Part shown: in pieces, positions 1 to 13,287 of the stretch | How positions within the stretch are numbered: the first letter of the stretch is position 1 | Layout: the number at the start of each line of letters is the position of its first letter | NCBI RefSeq assembly: GCF_036365525.1 | Contig: NC_090386.1 | Coordinates: forward strand, 30,002,757 to 30,066,756 | Direction: 5' to 3' | Length of the DNA stretch: 64,000 nt | DNA from: Heterodontus francisci | Lineage: Eukaryota | Made by a program: the position numbers and the translations under genes | The notes under the pieces: generated by a model | Databases searched by the model: none | Told to the model about the DNA's origin: nothing | What the model saw: the letters and a program-made list of their open reading frames with translations, nothing else

Positions 1-1083
1 TAGGTGGAGGAAATAGCAGATGATGTGGCATATATGGAGGCTCGTTGGATGGAGGAGGGGAGTTCTGTTATTGGGAGAGGGGTGACAATGCAGGAGTGGG
101 GAACAGGTGGACAAATAACCTGTTGACAATAGCCAACGGTCAACCCTTATATCCCTAAAACAATCTTGGAGCTAGATTGTACATCCCAGGTGAAATCAGA
201 TTTCAAGCAATTATTCCTGAGATTTCAAGTTTCGTTTCTAGCTCTAGCTGCCAGCATGGTCAAAAGCTGCATTAGGCCATAAGCTTTATCGACAATCAAT
301 GAAAAATGTCAAAAGGCTTCTACTGAGCCTTTCTTTATTGCCTGATCGCAGTTAAAACCACTACTTGCCATATACGTTTCTCACTGTTGAAATCCAGCTT
401 GTCACTTTGAGTATTCCAGGGGCCATTTCAATGTGTAAGGCATCATATTCAGATCTGATCTCCTCCTCGCTGATTTTTACAGCAACTTTCCAGCAGTGTC
501 TTGTGGGTGGTGAAGTTGGTCCACTGGACAGCAGTCAGCAGCAGAAACCTTTTCTGATTTCATGTAACCCATAGGTGTCAAAGGTCGACTGTAATCCCCC
601 TTCTACTGAACTGTTTGAAATTGGCTAACTGTGTACACTAGTAACGAAAGATAGGTAGTTCTTGGTTTGGGCCAGTATCTCATTATGCAGTGCATTTGGA
701 TTCTGAGCCATTGAGGCATACAGATGTGTGCAGAACTGCTGCTTCACTTTGCCAGCGTCCTCCGTGAAGCAGTGAATAAATGGAAGCACAAAAAGAACAT
801 GCTTATATAATTGCAATTAATAAATTATTGAAGAATTTGATTTTGTTATGGACTTCTTTAATTCTAAGGATGTGGATAATGCTGGCGAGACCACATTTAT
901 TGCCCATCCCTAGTTGCTCTGATGGCATTAGGAGTCAATTATACAGAGTTGGATTGTACTCACATGTAGACCAGACCAGGGTTGCAGGTTACTTAGCCTG
1001 AATGACAGCCAGTTGGTTTTTTGTTTGCGATAATCTGGTAGCTTTCGTGGCCATTTTATTTGGTGCCAGCATGTAAATAACCA

Positions 1084-1218
1084 AAAAAGAAGGGTCACTG
1101 ACCCGAAACGTTAGCTCTGTTTCTCTCTCCACAGATGCTGCCAGACCTGCTGAGTATTTCCAGCATTTCTAGTTTTTATTTCAGATTTCCAGCATCCACA
1201 GTATTTTGCTTTTATTTT
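1084..1218 (+). mobile_element. Penelope-derived short insertion (hammerhead family A), 5' part of core missing
   Basis: gaagggtcactgacccgaaacgtt...ccacagatgctgccagacctgctgagtatttccagc, flanked by a 13-bp direct repeat atgtaaataacca (1071-1083, 1219-1231). Confidence 0.8.
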
Positions 1219-1964
1219 ATGTAAATAACCATATTTACTTAATTCAGTTTCCTAACTTGCCACAGTGCGATTTAAACTCTCAATTTCTGTTTGTGTGTTA
1301 ATCCAGAATTGATTCATCAAATCTCTCTAGCTCTGCCTTTTGTTTCCCACACCTTGTGCACCAGAAGCCCTTTGGTCCTCACCAAAGGAACTATTTTTCT
1401 TGTGAACCTCCATCATATGATCAGAAAGAGTGTTAGAGCTGAGTCCGATCCTGTCTTCAGACAATGTTCACGTATGTGCTTTTTCCAGCAGAAGTTCTGG
1501 TGAATAATCAGGGGCATGAATCCTAGCTTTTTTTTCTGTTTCACCCTTCACCCCTCTCCTCAAACCCAGGGGCAGAGAAGTTGTTTGTCATTCAATGTGG
1601 AACTTCATTTAAGGTGAACATTTAAAACTAGTTTACAGTTTGAGCAACTTTGTAACTCAGAGCTGCTACCAAGGAAGAGTTTTGTTCCTGTTCTGCCCAG
1701 AGGTTGCTCAAAAATTAATCTGATTTAACATTGTCGTGGGCATTGTGACAATTTGTCTATTAATTGAATTTTAAATATGTGCGCTTGTGTGTCTACATGT
1801 GTGTGTTTCGTCACTACAAACTTTTTGGGAGGGTTAATGGCTTATGGGTATTTATCAAAGAAAAAGCCATGAGCTCAGAGACCAGGTAGGCTGGCGGCGG
1901 TCAACCTTGCAAGGTACACAGTCTTGTGAAAAGCGCAAGAAGAAAAACTTCTTTCACGCCATTC

Positions 1965-2059
1965 ACACATTTGAAGTATTTTGAAGTATTGTCACTTGCA
2001 AATTTGGCAAAAGTAGCAGTTAGTTTGTGCACAGCAAGGTCCCAAAAACAGCAATTAAA
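1965..2059 (-). mobile_element. Deu-type SINE, 3' portion (split by pogo insertion)
   Basis: gaagtattgtcact...tttgtgcacagcaaggtcccaaaaacagcaat resembles the SINE at 19780-20230 and continues at 4662. Confidence 0.6.
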
Positions 2060-2061
2060 TA

Positions 2062-4659
2062 CACTGGAACCCTGCTATAATGCAGTCCACTGAGTCCACA
2101 TCACAGGGCCATGTTATAACGAGTTCCTTTTGAAAAGCACCAAGCCAGTAACCAGAATAATAAAACAAACAAAATGAAGGCCATCAATTGAATAAATCAA
2201 ATTTTTATTTATTGAAACAAAAATGTGAATATATGTGTACAATCGGTCATTATTGAATTGATGGACGTGTGTTGAAAAAGTCAGTAATTTTTAACTGTTC
2301 ACATTTACTCCTTGCCTTCGCCTTTACTAGATGTAACATGTTCCTAAGTTGTGTCACACTAGTAGCAGTTGATTTTTTGTTGGCTTCCAAGCATCAGTAA
2401 TTTTTCTACGTAGTGGGTGACTGTGGGATGATGGCAGTGGCTTAGTCTAGTTATTGTCATTGTCATCTTCAGCTTGCTGGACATCTTTAGGGTTTGGATC
2501 TGTTACACTGACCAATATTTGATCATCTGTCATCATCTCGGTTGCTTCTTGGGCATTGATAGTCAGCCATGCATTGATGTCGTCAGTATCTGATTCTGCT
2601 CGAAGTACGGACCTGGCGTCGTTTAGATCGTGGGCATTGAATCCGTCATGGCCCACAACTCTTCTCACTTTCAGGTATTCCTCTTTCTGTGAAGCCTTTG
2701 AAATCCTCCATATTGTCACTGTTTCTTTCCAACTCGAATGCAGCACCCAGGGCATGTCTCCATGAGTTTGTAATACATTTGATTAGCACTTCTTGCCAAT
2801 CATGGCCACATATATATTCCGTCATTCACGTTGAGTTTCTTCAGGCATGTTGTCACGTCGTCCTTACTGTCCACCATTCTCTTAATCAGTTATCTTCTGT
2901 AGTTAAGTTTGAAGGTTGATGTGATGCCTTGGTCAAGGGGTTGAATTTTTGATGTGTTTTTTGATAGGTAGACACAAGGCCTTGGTGAGACCACATCTGG
3001 AGTATTTTGTACAGTTTTGGTCTCCTTATCCGAGGAGGGATGTTCTTGCTATGGAAGGAGTGGAGCGAAGGTTCACCAGACTGATTCCTGGGATGGCAGG
3101 ACTGACATATGAAGAGAGATTGAGTCAATTAGGCTTGAATTCGCTAGAGTTTAGAAGAATGAGAGGGGATCTCGTAGAAACCTACAAAATTCAAACAGGA
3201 CGGGACAGACTAGAATGCAGGAAGGATGTTCCTGATGGCGGGTGAGTCCAGGACGAGGGGTCACAATCTAAGGATAAGGGGTAAGTCATTTAGGACTGAG
3301 ATGAGGAGGGATTTCTTCACCTAGAGAGTGGTGAACCTGTGGAATTCTCTACCACAGAAAGCAGTTGGGGCCAAATCATTAAATATATTCAAGAAAGAGT
3401 TAGATATAATTCTTAGGGCTAAAGGAATCCAGGGATACGGGGAGAAAGCAGGAACAGGGTACTGAGTTTGGACGATCAGCCATGATCGTATTGAATGGCA
3501 GTGCAGACTCGAAGGGCCAAATGATCTACTCCTATTTTCTATGTTTCTATTTGATCCCATCTTGTGTTACCAGGTTCTTTGCGGGATGGTGGGCAGGGCA
3601 GTAGTCAAGTAGCAAGGTGGCCTTAAGTAGTTTGTTCTATTTGAGATGTTTTCTAATGTTTGGTTTCACGATTAATTCATACCAGTCTTTGAAAATTGAT
3701 GATATCCAGCTTTGCTACTTGAGTGTTGGCATGGTAGTGATTATAGGTTTAGATGATGGAAGCAGTGTGGTTGGCGAATTTTTCAATGGTGAGTGGAATC
3801 AGATTGTGTAGACCAGTTTTGTTGAAGCAACGGAGATCTGTCAACCTTGTCTTTATTTGTTTAAACCTGGTCCTTGTTGGTGTCATTTGTGGTTGCTGCT
3901 GTCTTCTCTGGTAATAATTTGTAGTATAAGGCCGTCGCGTCGCAGTTGTAGATGTGGTCTTCAGGTATCATCCTCCTTTGTGTTAAATCTTCTTTAATTC
4001 AACAGGAAATGCTGCCTCATCCACAGACAATTGTTCTCTTATAGTAACGTGTGAAATGCTGAGCCGGTTCTTAAATCTTGCTAACCATCCTTTGCTGGCT
4101 CCAAACTCTTTTGGAGCATTGGTATTTCCATTCATTTGGTGACAAAGTTTCTGAGCCTAGGCTTGAATGACAGGACCGGATATGGTTACGCCTCAGCTCT
4201 CTACTGGGCGAACCACGTGTATGCCATCTTGTCAAGAGGTGTGTTGTCGGCACTTTGGGCTTTCCTTTTTCTTTGGCTACCTTCATCTCCATCGACGCCC
4301 TTCTTGACTTCTCTCCATCTTTAAGCCACCCGTGATTCAGGGTGAAGTGGGTGCTTGCGTAGCGCCTTCCTTGATCTGGGCGATGATTTTCAGCTTCTCA
4401 GTGATGGTGTAAGATTTTCTGTTTTGTGATTCAGTATACATGATTTCACATTGATTGTTATGAGTACCAGTGCAAGTTTGGCCAGTTTTTATTGAGAAAA
4501 CTGACGCCTCAATTAGTCAAGTGGCTGCCATTTCATTGATTCTAAATTATTTGTGGAGCATTTATACTTCAGTATCTGCAATGATAAATTTGCATGAAAT
4601 ATTTGAGGGTGAACTGAGTTTTGTGCTATTGCGGACTGCATTATAGCAGAGCCCCAGTG
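2062..4659 (-). mobile_element. pogo/Tigger-like DNA transposon (Tc1/mariner superfamily), decayed transposase
   Basis: Imperfect TIRs cactggaaccctgctataatgcagtcc (from 2062) and ggactgcattatagcagagccccagtg (to 4659), with TA on both sides (2060-61, 4660-61). The minus strand reads MYTESQNRKSYTITEKLKIIAQIKEG from 4441 (CENP-B-type HTH start) and DHIYNCDATALYYKLLPEKT at about 3900-3960 (pogo first catalytic-D motif). Frameshifted. Confidence 0.88.
2972..3550 (+). mobile_element. CR1 LINE 3' fragment nested in pogo
   Basis: KALVRPHLEYFVQFWSP...RRMRGDLVETYKI (CR1 ORF2 C-terminus) and ctatgtttctat tail. Confidence 0.88.
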
Positions 4660-4661
4660 TA

Positions 4662-4895
4662 GGTGACCACATCATCTGTTTTTAGTGATGTTGGATGTTC
4701 CCAGGACATCCACCTGATGTGCGGTGGGGGGGGGGGATGGGGGAGAGATATGACCTTAATTTAATGTCTCATCCAAAAAGTGTCACTCCCTCAGTACAGC
4801 AGTGAAGTGTAAGCATATGTGTGCGAGACTCCAGAATGGGGGTTGAATGCATGACCTTCTGATTTAATGGTAAAAGTGCTACCCAAGAGCCAAGT
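4662..4895 (-). mobile_element. Deu-type SINE, 5' portion
   Basis: tgaccacatcatctgtttttagtgatgttgg...ctccctcagtac...gggggttgaatgcatgaccttctga (reverse-complement tRNA-like head), continuing from 1965-2059. Confidence 0.6.
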
Positions 4896-5924
4896 TACAT
4901 AAGGTACTAATCTGGTTAAATAGTCACAGATTCTTCATTAATGGTGAGTTTTTGTTCCAATTTTCGAAGGTTGACCATGTATTTAATTTTGATAAAACAT
5001 AACCTCTTTTAATGTAACAGCAAAAGGACTTGAATTGTCTTTTTTGTGGGAAACCTATTCACGTGAAAGACAGATTCACAGTGAAACTTTTTTTCAATGA
5101 AAAGTTGTGTTTAGGATTTTTGTCAACCAGCAGTGAAGCTGGACGAGCTCAGAAGCTGCAAATACTTCTCTGTGTAGGAAGGGAGTTTCTGATTCAAAGA
5201 ATATATGCAGAGAGAACGTGAGCGGCATCGTTATTGTTTTATATGTGAAGTGTATGATTCACCTTATATATTTCTCAGTCTGGTTTTCAAGGGCAGAGAA
5301 TTATGTGAAGCATTCCAGGGTTCTCTGTTGTAATCCTTGGGTCTATTTATTATTTACCTTTAAAAGTTGACAGGTTATGGCACACTCTGGATTGGGGTAA
5401 GAGATCTACTCACAGGAGTAGCTGGTGCTGACCTCAAGAAAATATCTAGTGCAATTTTTCATTGAATGTGATCTATTTTGAGGAGTATCTATTGAATGAT
5501 TTAGCACAGAAGGAAGCCATTCTGGCTCATCATCTCTGTGTTGTCTTGAAAGAGCTATTGAATTAGTCAAATTCTCCAGCCTGCCTATTCATGATTTTAT
5601 TTCAGAACAGTAGCCACTTGTATTTATCCATAATGGCTGCTATAAAAGAAGGTCTCGGACAAGGTCATAAGGAGAAGAAAAAACACCATGGCAAATAGAA
5701 ATGATTGAAGGCAGGATTCTAAAAGTGCAGTCGGATTTTTAAAAGGCTTTTGAAGCAAGGGAGTGATGGTGAGAGTTTCAGCCTTCCATGTTTTTGGGAG
5801 TTGGGGCTATAGGCCTCCGTTGCACTTCCCGTATATGAGTTTGTTTTCTAGGAATAATTTCAACACCATTTCAGTGTGCACTTGAAGTTCTGGAGCAAAC
5901 CAGCAGTGTGTGCTTGTACATAAA

Positions 5925-6120
5925 AGTAGATCATGCTGGAAACACAGCAGGTCGATCAGCACCTGTGAAGAGAACAGATAAGTTGGCATTTGAGGTAAGT
6001 TAACTGAAGGATTGAAAGCTTGAGAAGGTAGCTTATCGTTCTCTCTGCAGGTGCTGGCTGACCTCTATTCCATCCTTGTTTGGTTTTTGTTTCAGATTTC
6101 CAGCATTTGCAGTTTTTTTC
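5925..6120. mobile_element. Two degenerate Penelope family-A fragments in inverted orientation
   Basis: atgctggaaacacagcaggtc (minus-strand copy) and tctctctgcaggtgctggctgacc...tttcagatttccagcat (plus-strand copy). Confidence 0.5.
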
Positions 6121-6149
6121 TTTGTACTTGTAAACGTAGTGTGTGCATC

Positions 6150-6617
6150 ACACCCAAGGAAGTATATATTGGAGGGAGTGTACTGTAGATTTACTGGACT
6201 CCCAAGGGTTAAATTGAGACATTGCACAAATTAAGGTTGTATTCCCTGGAATTTACAAGGTTAAAGTGTAATTTGATGGTTTTCAAGATAATAAGGGGAA
6301 CAGATAGGATAGTTAGAGAAATACTATTTCCGCTGGTTGGGGTGTCTATTACTAGGGGCCATAGTCAAAAAATTAGAGCCAGACCTTTCAGGAGTGACAT
6401 CAGGGAACACTTCTACAAGCAAAAATTTGGGAAACTCTTCCGCAAACGGCAACTGATGCTACAGCAGTTGGTAATTTTAAAATTGAGATTGTTTTTTTTT
6501 GTTAACCAATATGGGGCAAATGAGGCAGATGTATGGAATTAGGTCACAGATCAGCTGTGGTCTCACTGAATCGTTGATTAGGCACGAGGGGCTAAATGAC
6601 AGCCGCCTGTTCCTTTG
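6150..6617 (+). mobile_element. Degenerate CR1 3' fragment
   Basis: LYSLEFTRLK...LFPLVGVSITRGHSQKIRARPFRSDIREHF, followed by a CR1-type 3' UTR. Confidence 0.75.
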
Positions 6618-6658
6618 TGCAGCCCGTAGTGCATGATTATGCAACAACCTTTTGAGTA

Positions 6659-6790
6659 ATAAAAGCAAAATACTGCGGATGCTGGAAATCTGAAATAAAA
6701 ACAAGAAATGCTGGAGCCACTCAGCAGGTCTGGCAGCATCTGTGAAAAGAGAAGCAGAGTTAATGTTTTGGGGCAGTGACCCTTCTTCGG
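6659..6790 (-). mobile_element. Penelope-derived short insertion (hammerhead family A)
   Basis: Minus strand reads CCGAAGAAGGGTCACTGCCCCAAAACATTAACTCTG...; 13-bp TSD aaccttttgagta (6646-6658, 6791-6803). Confidence 0.85.
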
Positions 6791-6940
6791 AACCTTTTGA
6801 GTATACTTGTATCTAAACCAGTAGTTGTGTGAAGGTAACCATCAGTGCATAAAGTACCACATTTGTATGTGCTTTTATCTGCAATTGAATTCTGATATGT
6901 GCTCGTCAGATTCTAACGCATTTTAAACATTTTATTTCAG

Positions 6941-7038
6941 GAGTTCTATGAACATACGACAATCCTCTGGCAGGATGAAGGTGTGAAAGCATGCTACGAA
7001 AGGTCAAATGAGTATCAGCTCATTGACTGTGCACACTA
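6941..7038 (+). CDS. GNAS: Internal coding exon of G protein Gs alpha subunit (equivalent to human GNAS exon 6, helical domain)
   Basis: Branch-like ttctaac (6911-6917), acceptor ttttatttcag| and donor TA|gtaagt. 98 nt, phase 0 to phase 2, reading [32 protein letters not shown](Y). This matches Gs-alpha [33 protein letters not shown] and the known 98-nt exon. EFYEH and ACYERS favour GNAS over GNAL (EFFDH, ACFERS). Confidence 0.92.
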
Positions 7039-7384
7039 GTAAGTACTTTTGATTCTCTTGGCAAATTGGTAGCTAGGAAAGGACACAGCGTACTAGAAAT
7101 ATATAAACTTGAATAAAATGTTGCGGACAGGAATCTAATACAATATTTTAGTTAATATAGCATAAGATTCTAATTATGGAACTCTAGTAATCCAATTCCT
7201 GTTTTGATGTTCGTTGACAGTGCTTCTAAAAACGCTGAAAAGTGCTTTAGCTGTGGTTCGTTAGTCAAACTAAAATGCCTGAGGAATGTGATTTGAAGAT
7301 GATGGACCGCAATATGTTGTGTGAGGCACTAATTAATTAATTTGATTAATTAATTGAATTAATTAATTGAATTTAATAACAATC

Positions 7385-7575
7385 TGGAATTGAAAGCTGG
7401 TCTCAGTGATGATGCCATGAAATTATCATCGATTGTCGTAAAAACCCAACTGGTTCACTAATGTCCTTTACGGGAGGAAATATGCTGTCCTTCTTTGGTC
7501 TGGCCGACATGTGACTCCAGACCCATATCAATGTGGTTGATCTTTAACTTCCTTCTGAAACGGCATAGCAAGCCA
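7385..7575 (+). mobile_element. Internal fragment of a SINE-like interspersed repeat
   Basis: ggaattgaaagctggtctcag...gattgtcgtaaaaacccaactggttcactaatgtccttta...tgtgactccagacc. A related reverse-complement piece lies at about 40405-40435. Confidence 0.45.
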
Positions 7576-7974
7576 ATCATCAAAGAATTTGAAAAAAAAA
7601 GCATTTCAGTAACACATTATCTTATTCTTACATTATGATTTTTAATAGTTTGGGAACATTAGATACACCAAAGAATTGTGGCTGGTGCAGCTGCACTGAT
7701 TGACTTTTACAAAAAAAAGTTACAGTTGGAATTAAGATAATTTGACCTTTGTTTTTATAATGACCAAGTGTTCTATTTAACATCAGTTCTTCGGAGCACA
7801 CTTCAAAGTAATCACATTGTGTGTGTAGCACTGCATTTCTGTATGGCATATTCTGCAATACATTGAAAAGTAATTGTCTTTTTTTATTATTACATAACCC
7901 CTATCTGTATGAATGCACTTAAGTACAAAATTCTAAAGTTAAATTTTAGTCCTTTTTGTAGTGTTTAAGAGGGC

Positions 7975-8322
7975 AACCAACTTGCATTTATACCTTTGTT
8001 GCCTTTAATGTAAAATTTCCCAAGCCCCTTAACAAATATTTATCGAACAAAATTTGACTGAGTCTCATAAAGAGATTAAAGATTGAACATGACAGATTTT
8101 AAGGAACATCTTAAAGGAGTAGAGAGCAGTAAAGAGACCGAGTGGTTTTGAAAACAAAATAAGAATTTCAAAATTGAGGCAGTGCAGGACCAGGACCCAA
8201 TGCAGGTCACTGAGCATGGGGATGAGGGCTCACTTGGTACAAGTTAAGATATCGCAGTTTTGGAGGAGCTCAAGTTTATATAGAGTGGAAGATGGGAGGC
8301 TGGCAAGAAGAGCACTGGAATA
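7975..8322 (-). mobile_element. L2 LINE 3' part (interrupted by CR1, resumes about 9790-9870)
   Basis: caacttgcatttata tail and gcagttttggaggagctcaagtt (reverse complement of the L2 LQLLQN motif). Resumes with tagtccaaaggtaacaaaggcacggatgagagc (ALIRAFVT). Confidence 0.65.
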
Positions 8323-9790
8323 GAATTCTACAAAGTTTATGGCACAGAAAGAGGCCACTCGGCCCATCGTGTCTGTGCCAAAAAATGGTTCATCCAGTCT
8401 AATCCCACCTTCCAGCATTTGGTCCATAGTCTTGCAGGTTACAGTACTTGAGGTGCATATCCAGACACCTTTTAAATTAATAGAGGGTTTCTGCCTCTAC
8501 TACCATTTCAGGCAGTGAGTTCCAGATCTCCACCACCCTGTGGGTGAAAATATTTTTCCTCATCTCCCCTCTAATCTTTCTACCAATCACTTTAAATCTG
8601 TGCCACCTACTTACTGACCTCTCTGCTAAGATAAATAGGCACTTCACATTCACTGTATCCAGGTCCTTCACAATTTTGTACAGTTCAATCAGATCTGCCC
8701 TCAGCTTTCTCTGTTCCAAAGAGAACAACCCCAGCCTATCCAATCTTTCCTCAGTCCTGGCAACATCCTCGTAAATCTCCCCTGTACCCTCCCTGGTGCA
8801 ATTACATCCTTTCTGTAATGAGGGGACCAGAACTGCACACAGTACTCAAGTTGTGGCCTAGCCAATGATTTGTACAGTTCCAGCATAACCGCTCTGCTCT
8901 TATATTCTGTACCTCGGCTAATAAAGGAAAGGGTGCCATATGCTTTCTTAACCACCTTATCAACCTATCCTACCTTCAGGGATCTGTGGACAGTTACTCC
9001 AAGGTCCCTCACTTCTCAGTATTCTCTCATTAATTGTGTATTCCTTTGCCTTGTTTGACCTCCCCAAATGCATCACCTTACACTTCTCCAGGTTGAATTC
9101 CATTTGCCACTTTTCTGTCCATCTGACCAGAGCATCGATATCTTCCTGCAACCTACAGCTATCCTCCTCACTATCTACCACATGGCCAATCCTTGTGTCA
9201 TCTGCAAACGTTGATCATGCCTCCTGCATTTATATCCAAATTGTTAATATATACCATAAAAAGCAGGGAACCCAGTACTGAGCCCTGCAGAATGCCACTG
9301 GAAACAGCCCTCCAGTCGCAAAAACACCTATCAACGATTACCCTTTGTTTCCTGCCACTGTATCCACCTTGCTGCACTTCCCTGGATCCCATGGGATTTT
9401 TTTTAACCATTCTGCTATGTAGGACCTTGTCAGAAGCCTTGCTAAAATCTATATAGACCACATCAACTGCAGTCCCCTCATCAATTTTCCTGTTACTTCA
9501 AAATATTAGTTGGTCAGACAAGATCTTCCCGTAACAAATCCATGCTGACTATCCTTGATAAATCTGTTCCCCTGTAAGTGACAGTTTATCCTGTGTCTCA
9601 GAATAGATTCCAATAATTTGCCCACTACTGAGGTTAGGCTGACTGACCTGTAATTATTCGGTCTAACCCTCGCTCACTTTAAACAAAGGTACAACATTAG
9701 CAGACCTCCAATTCTTCGGCACCACACCTGTATCCACTGAGGACTGGAAAATAATGGTCAGATTTTCCTCAATTTCCTCTCTTGCTGCTT
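8322..9790 (-). mobile_element. CR1 LINE RT and 3' fragment, decayed
   Basis: ORF pieces [67 protein letters not shown]. Confidence 0.9.
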
Positions 9791-10189
9791 GTAGTCTAGT
9801 CCAAAGGTAACAAAGGCACGGATGAGAGCTTTAGCAGCAATTGAGTTGAGGCAGAGGCAGAGTCGGGTATTTGTTTTCCGCCATCTGAAATTTTTAATGT
9901 TTAGTTTTCCATTCTGATGGATAGTTGAAATATGTAACATTGATGCAGCTTTAGCACCTCACATCTGAATTGACTATTAAAAGTAGTTAGGGTAAACTAA
10001 GTGCAATATTATTGCAAGTAAAAGCTGAAGCAAGTGAGAAAAATGTTGCTGAGTAAAAATAAGTCAACCTTTTGTTTACCCGAGCAGCCTCCATTGTCGG
10101 CGTTGCTCTACTGCACCAGTTGGTCACAAACAACAATCTTTGCAGTATCCCTCCTTGTCCTCCTCAACCTCTGCAACTTTTGATACAAT

Positions 10190-11040
10190 TGATTTACATA
10201 ATCCTTCTCCAGCATCTCTCCTCTTACCTAACTGTGTTGAACTATCCTCACTTGTTTTCACACTCACCTATCCAATGTAGACAGAACATCTCTAGCATTG
10301 ACTTCTCTTCCCACCATTGCCAGAATCCCCGAAGGATCCATCTTTAGCCCCCACCTCTTCCTCATCATCAGTAGACATTGCACATGTTGACTGATGGCAA
10401 CCAGCTGTACCTCTGTGCCAACTCACTTGACCTCTCCACTACCTCTGTGTTGTTGAGACTGCTCATTTAACATCCAGTTTGGTGAGCTGTAATTTTCTCC
10501 AATTCAACATTGGTTAGCATCCAATTCGCAGCTTTCTGTAAATTTCAGCTCATCCAAAACTCTGCTGCATGTATCCTATTGTGCATCAACTCCAGCTTTC
10601 CCATCTCTCTCGTCCTCACAGATCTTAGACATTGATTCTGGTTTTTGAATGTTTCAAATTTGAAGTTCTCAGCTTTGTTTTTAAGTTCCTCCATACCTTG
10701 CCCATCCTTGTCTTCGTAACCTCTTTTTAGGACTATAACCCTTCCCAGAACACACTGTTCTTCAGACTGAAGCTTCTTGTGCCTGCCCTGCCCCCGCCCC
10801 CACCCCCTCACTCCATCATTGGTAGCCATGTTTTCAATTATGTAAGCCTCACTCTCTGAAATTTGCTGCTTAAATCCCTTTACCTTTACATCTCCCACTT
10901 CTCTTTTTAAGGGCCTCCTTAAAACCCACCATTTAGACCAAACTATTAGTCAGTCTTCCTAAATTTTCTTTCTTTGTCGTTGAAGAACCTTGGGATTTTT
11001 AATAACATTCAAGATGCTCTATCAATGCAGGTTGTTGTTA
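10190..11040 (+). mobile_element. L2 LINE 3' fragment, decayed
   Basis: ccccgaaggatccatctttagcccc (PQGS-like), cagctcatccaaaactctgctgc (QLIQNSAA) and tail ctctatcaatgcaggttgttgt. Confidence 0.7.
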
Positions 11041-11699
11041 GTACTTTGCAACATTGCCCACCTCCATTCTATCACTCTCCAGTAGCCTTTGTAACTTATA
11101 GATTTGATTTTTCCCAATCCTTTACTTGCACCTCCTTTTGTAATCTCCATTTCATCTAGAACTTTACAGTGCACATCCTATCCTGCACTCAGTCCAGCTG
11201 GTTTCTGGAGGTAGCAGTATCACTCAAAGCAGTATTGGCCATGTGCAAGAGATGTAATTTATTAATTAAGTGATAGCTGACCTTGGATGCATTTTGTGTA
11301 GGGCAGTACTGACTTAATTTTAAATTTCCTCCTCCTCGGTTGTAAAATAATCTCTTTAGAAATTGGCGTGGGGCCCAGAGCTCCCAGGTTGCTGGCCAGG
11401 TCATGATATCACTGAACATTTTCTGCTTGCTTGCTTTTGTTCCTTTCATTTACATCCTGTCTTTATTCTGCATTTCTCTATCTTGTGTTGCAATTCCCAT
11501 TGTCAGCATGCTCTCAACAGTTGTGAATTGTGACAATTTCTTTGCTGCAAAATCTGAGGACAGAATCACAATGTTTCCTGCATTATCGCTACATCCGTGA
11601 TTTAATCCAGGTGCCAGGAGCAAAGAAATGCACTTGTTGAACAAAACAGGGATCCTATTTTGTTATCATTTAACCACTGCTTTGGCATATATATACATT

Positions 11700-13268
11700 A
11701 AGAACATAACGTAAGAAATAAGAGTTGAGGTAGGCCTTACAGTCCCATGGGTCTGCTCGGCCATTCAGTAAGATGATGGCGGATCTGATCTTGGCCTCAA
11801 CTCCATTTTCCTGCCCATTCTTCATAACCCTAGACTCCCGTAGAGTTCAAGAATCTGTCTATCTCCGCTTAATATGTACTCTGACTCAGCTTCCACAGCT
11901 CTGACGTAGAGAATTCCAAAAATTCGTGGCCATCACAGAAGAAATTCCACTCATCTCTTCAATGAGTGACTCATTATTCTGAAACTATGCCTCCTAGTTC
12001 GAGCTTTCTCCATGAGGGAAAACATCTACCCTGTTAAGCCTTCTCAAATCTTATATGTTTCAGTAAGATCACTTTCATTCTTTTAAACTCCAATGAGTAT
12101 AGGCGCAACCTGCTCAATCTTTCCTCATAAAACAACCCCTTCATCAAGAATCACCCTAGTGAACCTTCTCTGAACTTGCCTCCAATACTATATTTTTCCT
12201 TCAATAAGGAGACCAAAATTATATGCAGTTCTCTAGATGTGGTCTCGCCAATGTCCTGTGCAGTTGTAGCTAAAATTTCCTACTTGTATGCTGCATTCCC
12301 CTTGCAATAAAGACCATCAGTTCATTTTCCTTCCTAATTTCTTGCTGTACCTGCATGCTAAGTTTTTGTGTTTCATGCCCGAGGATATCCCAATCCTTTT
12401 GTGCCACAGCATTCTGCAGTGTGTCTCCATTTAAATATTTTGCTTTTGCTGTACTCCTACCAATGTGGATAAATTCACATTTTCCCACATTATACTCTAG
12501 CTGCCAAATTATTTTCCCACTCTTAACCTATCTATAACCCTTTCAGACTCTGTGCCCTCCTCACAACTTACTTTCCTTCCTATCTTTGTATTGTTATCAA
12601 ATTTGGTTGCAATAAACTCTGTTGCTTCATCCAAGTCATTAATGTCAATTATAAATAGTTGAGGCCGCAACACTGATCCCTGTGACACCCCACTAGTTAC
12701 AGTTTGACGACCTGAAAATGACCCATTTATCCCTACTCTCTTTTCTGTTAGCTTACCTTATATCCGTGCTAATCTATTGCCCCAAACACCATGAGCTCTT
12801 ATTTTTTGCATGAACCTTTTATTTGGCACCTTTATTGAATGCCTTTTGGAAATACAACTATGCTATATCTGCTGGTTCCATTTTATCCAGCCTGCTTATT
12901 TACATCTTTGAAGAACTCTAATAAATTTGTCAAAACATGATTTCCCTTCATAAAACCAAGTTGATTCTGCTTGATTGCATTATGATTTTCTCAATGTCCT
13001 TCCACTCCTCCCTTCATAATGGATTCCAGCATTTTCCCAGTGACAGATGTTAGGCTAACTGGCCTGTAGTTTCCTGCTTTCTGTCTCCCTCTTTTTTTTT
13101 TCAATAGAGGCATTACATTTGTGGTTTTTCAATATGCTGGGACCTTTCCAGAGTCTAGGGAATTTTGGAAGATTACAACCGATGCACGCACTGTCTCTGC
13201 AGCCACTTCTTTTAAGACCCTAGGATGCAGGCCATCAGGTCCAGGGGACTTGTCAGCCTTCAGTCCCA
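11700..13268 (-). mobile_element. CR1 LINE RT and 3' fragment, decayed
   Basis: agaacataacgtaagaaata tail, KCEFIHIGR, and reverse-complement KSPGPDG and NYRPVSLT at about 13040-13260. Confidence 0.85.
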
Positions 13269-13287
13269 GTAGCGTGTATTAGAGATT

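Noticed and set aside
1-820. Short ORFs that might be a decayed coding or transposon region
   Set aside because: No motif or splice-bounded Gs-alpha similarity was recognised.
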